NCBI RefSeq assembly: GCF_025526975.1
Contig: NW_026515669.1
Coordinates: forward strand, 1,364,001-1,428,000
DNA length: 64,000 nt
Reading direction: 5' to 3'
Source of the DNA: Fimicolochytrium jonesii
Lineage: Eukaryota
Part shown: one piece after another, positions 62,138 to 64,000 of the stretch
How the letters are laid out: each line of letters opens with the position of its first letter
How positions within the stretch are numbered: the stretch's first letter is position 1
Notes under the pieces: model-generated
What the model was told of the DNA's origin: nothing
Seen by the model: the letters and a program-made list of their open reading frames with translations, nothing else
The model's database searches: none
Position numbers and translations under genes: made by a program

Positions 62138-63769
62138 ATTGGTCTGTCGGCGAGGCAGCGGTTGTTCGGTTGTCGAAGCTGCTTTCGCCAAATAGATGTA
62201 TGACGGAAGTTTCGACGACGTGATTGCACGGAAGCTGTGTTCGATATATTCGTGCTCAGGTTTCGAGCTTCGATGCTAGTAGCTGTGCTGAGGTCGCAAC
62301 TTCCAGAGCTTCGAAAATCGAAAAGTTGTGGAGACTGTTGCAAGGTTTTGAACAATTGTGTGCCGAAGTGGGTATTGATAACGACTACTCTCTATATATA
62401 TATTATACGTTCAGGTCCGTCCGTCGCTGTGTATAAAACCCATTCTGGTGGCAAAAGGCTGACAGAGTCTCCGGGATCTCGAAAGAGCGGTAGGATGTCT
62501 GCCCTTTCTTTTCGGTTGAGCGGGGTTTTTTCGTCGTCGCGACGTTGCAACCAAGTGGAGACAGACACGACGCACTCAAACGACATCATCAACGGCACGG
62601 TGAGTCACGCTCGGAAAGATCCGGAGATCGTGACGTCCAACCTTCAGGAATCAGAATCCTTTCGACAGTCCAACCACATTCCCAAGGACATCTCTGGAAA
62701 TCGAAACCCTGCTACGTGGCGCTTCAGAAAGAGTTTTGGCAAGGTTTTACTGGATAGGGAGGGGCTCAGACGGGGAAGTACATACGTGTCTTCAAACGGA
62801 AACCGCAAATTCATACCGCGACGGCGTGGATCCAATTACGATGTCCCTATTTCCTGGGAGTGTACCTGGACTATGCTTGGCGAGTGGACGCCGATTTGCG
62901 TAGGAACGGCGAGAATGATCCGCCACAGCCGGACATCCTACGTGTTCTGCATAAAATGGTTGGATACCACTGTAGGTGCGTTCGGAAAGACCGAGGATTC
63001 GCAGCCCACCTGTCGGAGGTGGAGATATCACGCCGGTCGTGGGCGTTGGGAGCCGCCAGCTAAGCCGCGGCAGCTGATCAGCTTGAAGCGAAAGGGTGGA
63101 GATTGGAAGTGCGTAGGCGAAACAAGCTTTCCAGTGCGGTTACGAACCGGCATCCAATCGATTAGGTTGTGCAGCGAGCTATCACCACCTCCTTCTTCGT
63201 CCTTTTGTGTACTCGCAAAGGAGCGAAGTAGAGGGTGATGTCCCACACTGCATGATCCCGCGATAGTGTCGCCGATGCTCCCTAACTCGTGTGTTCATGA
63301 GAGCAAACAGAGTCAGCGGCGGGGAAGGTCTCGATGGCTGCTGCCGCACTTCCGTTTGGTTTTCATATCCTTGTCTCTGGTCGGTTGAACCATGATATTT
63401 ACGAAACTATGAGAGAAAGCTTAGATGGCCAGCTTCATTTCCATAGGAGCAGAGATGCTTTACTCCCAGTTGCCCGCCTCATTTGGATTTGCTCTCACTC
63501 CTTGCCAGCAATGACAAATGTGTACCCACTGCAAATTTATGTACTTCTACAAGCGTCTCTTCAGATTTAGGACTTCTTGAAGAAGAATGCTTTTGTGATG
63601 AGTATATTGGTAACAAAAATCAGGTATGATAAAAATAGTGTACAATTATGGAGAGGACGATTCAGACGAAAGTCCAAGGTCGTCAGTCTCAAGGGAATTA
63701 AATGAGGCTAATCTACTATATAGATGGCGAGAGGAAACTCTCGGGGCTTGTGTATATGAGAAGCGAGCT

Positions 63770-64000
63770 TTAGTGAGCGACGGGGGCGTCAACGGAGGCG
63801 ACGGGGACAGCGACAACGTTGTGGGACTTGGACACGCCTAGCTTGGCGAGGACAGGGGCGGTGAGCTTGTTGAGCTGCTCAATCAAGTTGTGAATTTGGG
63901 GAATGGAAGTCACGGATGACACGACTCCGTTGACCTTGGTAACCACAAATCCTGTGGTGGCGTTGGCAGTGCCGACGGCCCTCTCCTTGGTGTTGTGAAC
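63770..64000 (-). CDS. 3' end of a gene entering from beyond the window (amphipathic helical C-terminus, possibly perilipin-like)
   Basis: Open frame of 76 codons, VHNTKERAVGTANATTGFVVTKVNGVVSSVTSIPQIHNLIEQLNKL...VAH*, with C-ending codon bias like the highly expressed genes here. Confidence 0.65.
   Translation of the reverse strand, partial: VHNTKERAVGTANATTGFVVTKVNGVVSSVTSIPQIHNLIEQLNKLTAPVLAKLGVSKSHNVVAVPVASVDAPVAH

Noticed and set aside
62237..63238. 333-aa ORF on the + strand
   Set aside because: Non-ATG start, Arg/Ser/Trp/Cys-rich composition, no recognisable motif, and it overlaps the BAG-like gene's upstream region. At best a decayed relic.

Overview
Eukaryotic, intron-rich genomic DNA with short GT-AG introns and CTRAC-type branch points. 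It is most consistent with an early-diverging (chytrid-like) fungus because it carries a WNK kinase and an SH3 single-pass receptor alongside typical fungal genes. About 22 protein-coding genes can be rebuilt by hand-splicing: SH3/TM receptor, WNK kinase, J-domain protein, NASP/Sim3 histone chaperone, tandem CCCH zinc-finger protein, a 54-aa lipid-anchor microprotein missed by the ORF track, Gcn4/CpcA bZIP with uORFs, Rho1, CLASP/Stu1, SP-RING/MIZ protein, TMEM14, SnoaL/NTF2-like protein, Reeler-domain GPI protein, cystathionine gamma-lyase, SDR, 2H cyclic phosphodiesterase, PTR2, a second bZIP, a TM-anchored BAG-like protein and several unknowns. The accessory part lies at about 50.6-55.4 kb. 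It holds a local duplication, an orphan spliced coiled-coil gene, a frameshifted intronless relic resembling a viral fibre protein (probable endogenous DNA-virus remnant) and a near-perfect 32-bp hairpin at its break point. A decayed acid-phosphatase pseudogene sits at about 11.6-12.3 kb. No tRNA, rRNA or CRISPR array was recognised. All family calls come from motif recognition by eye, not database searches.
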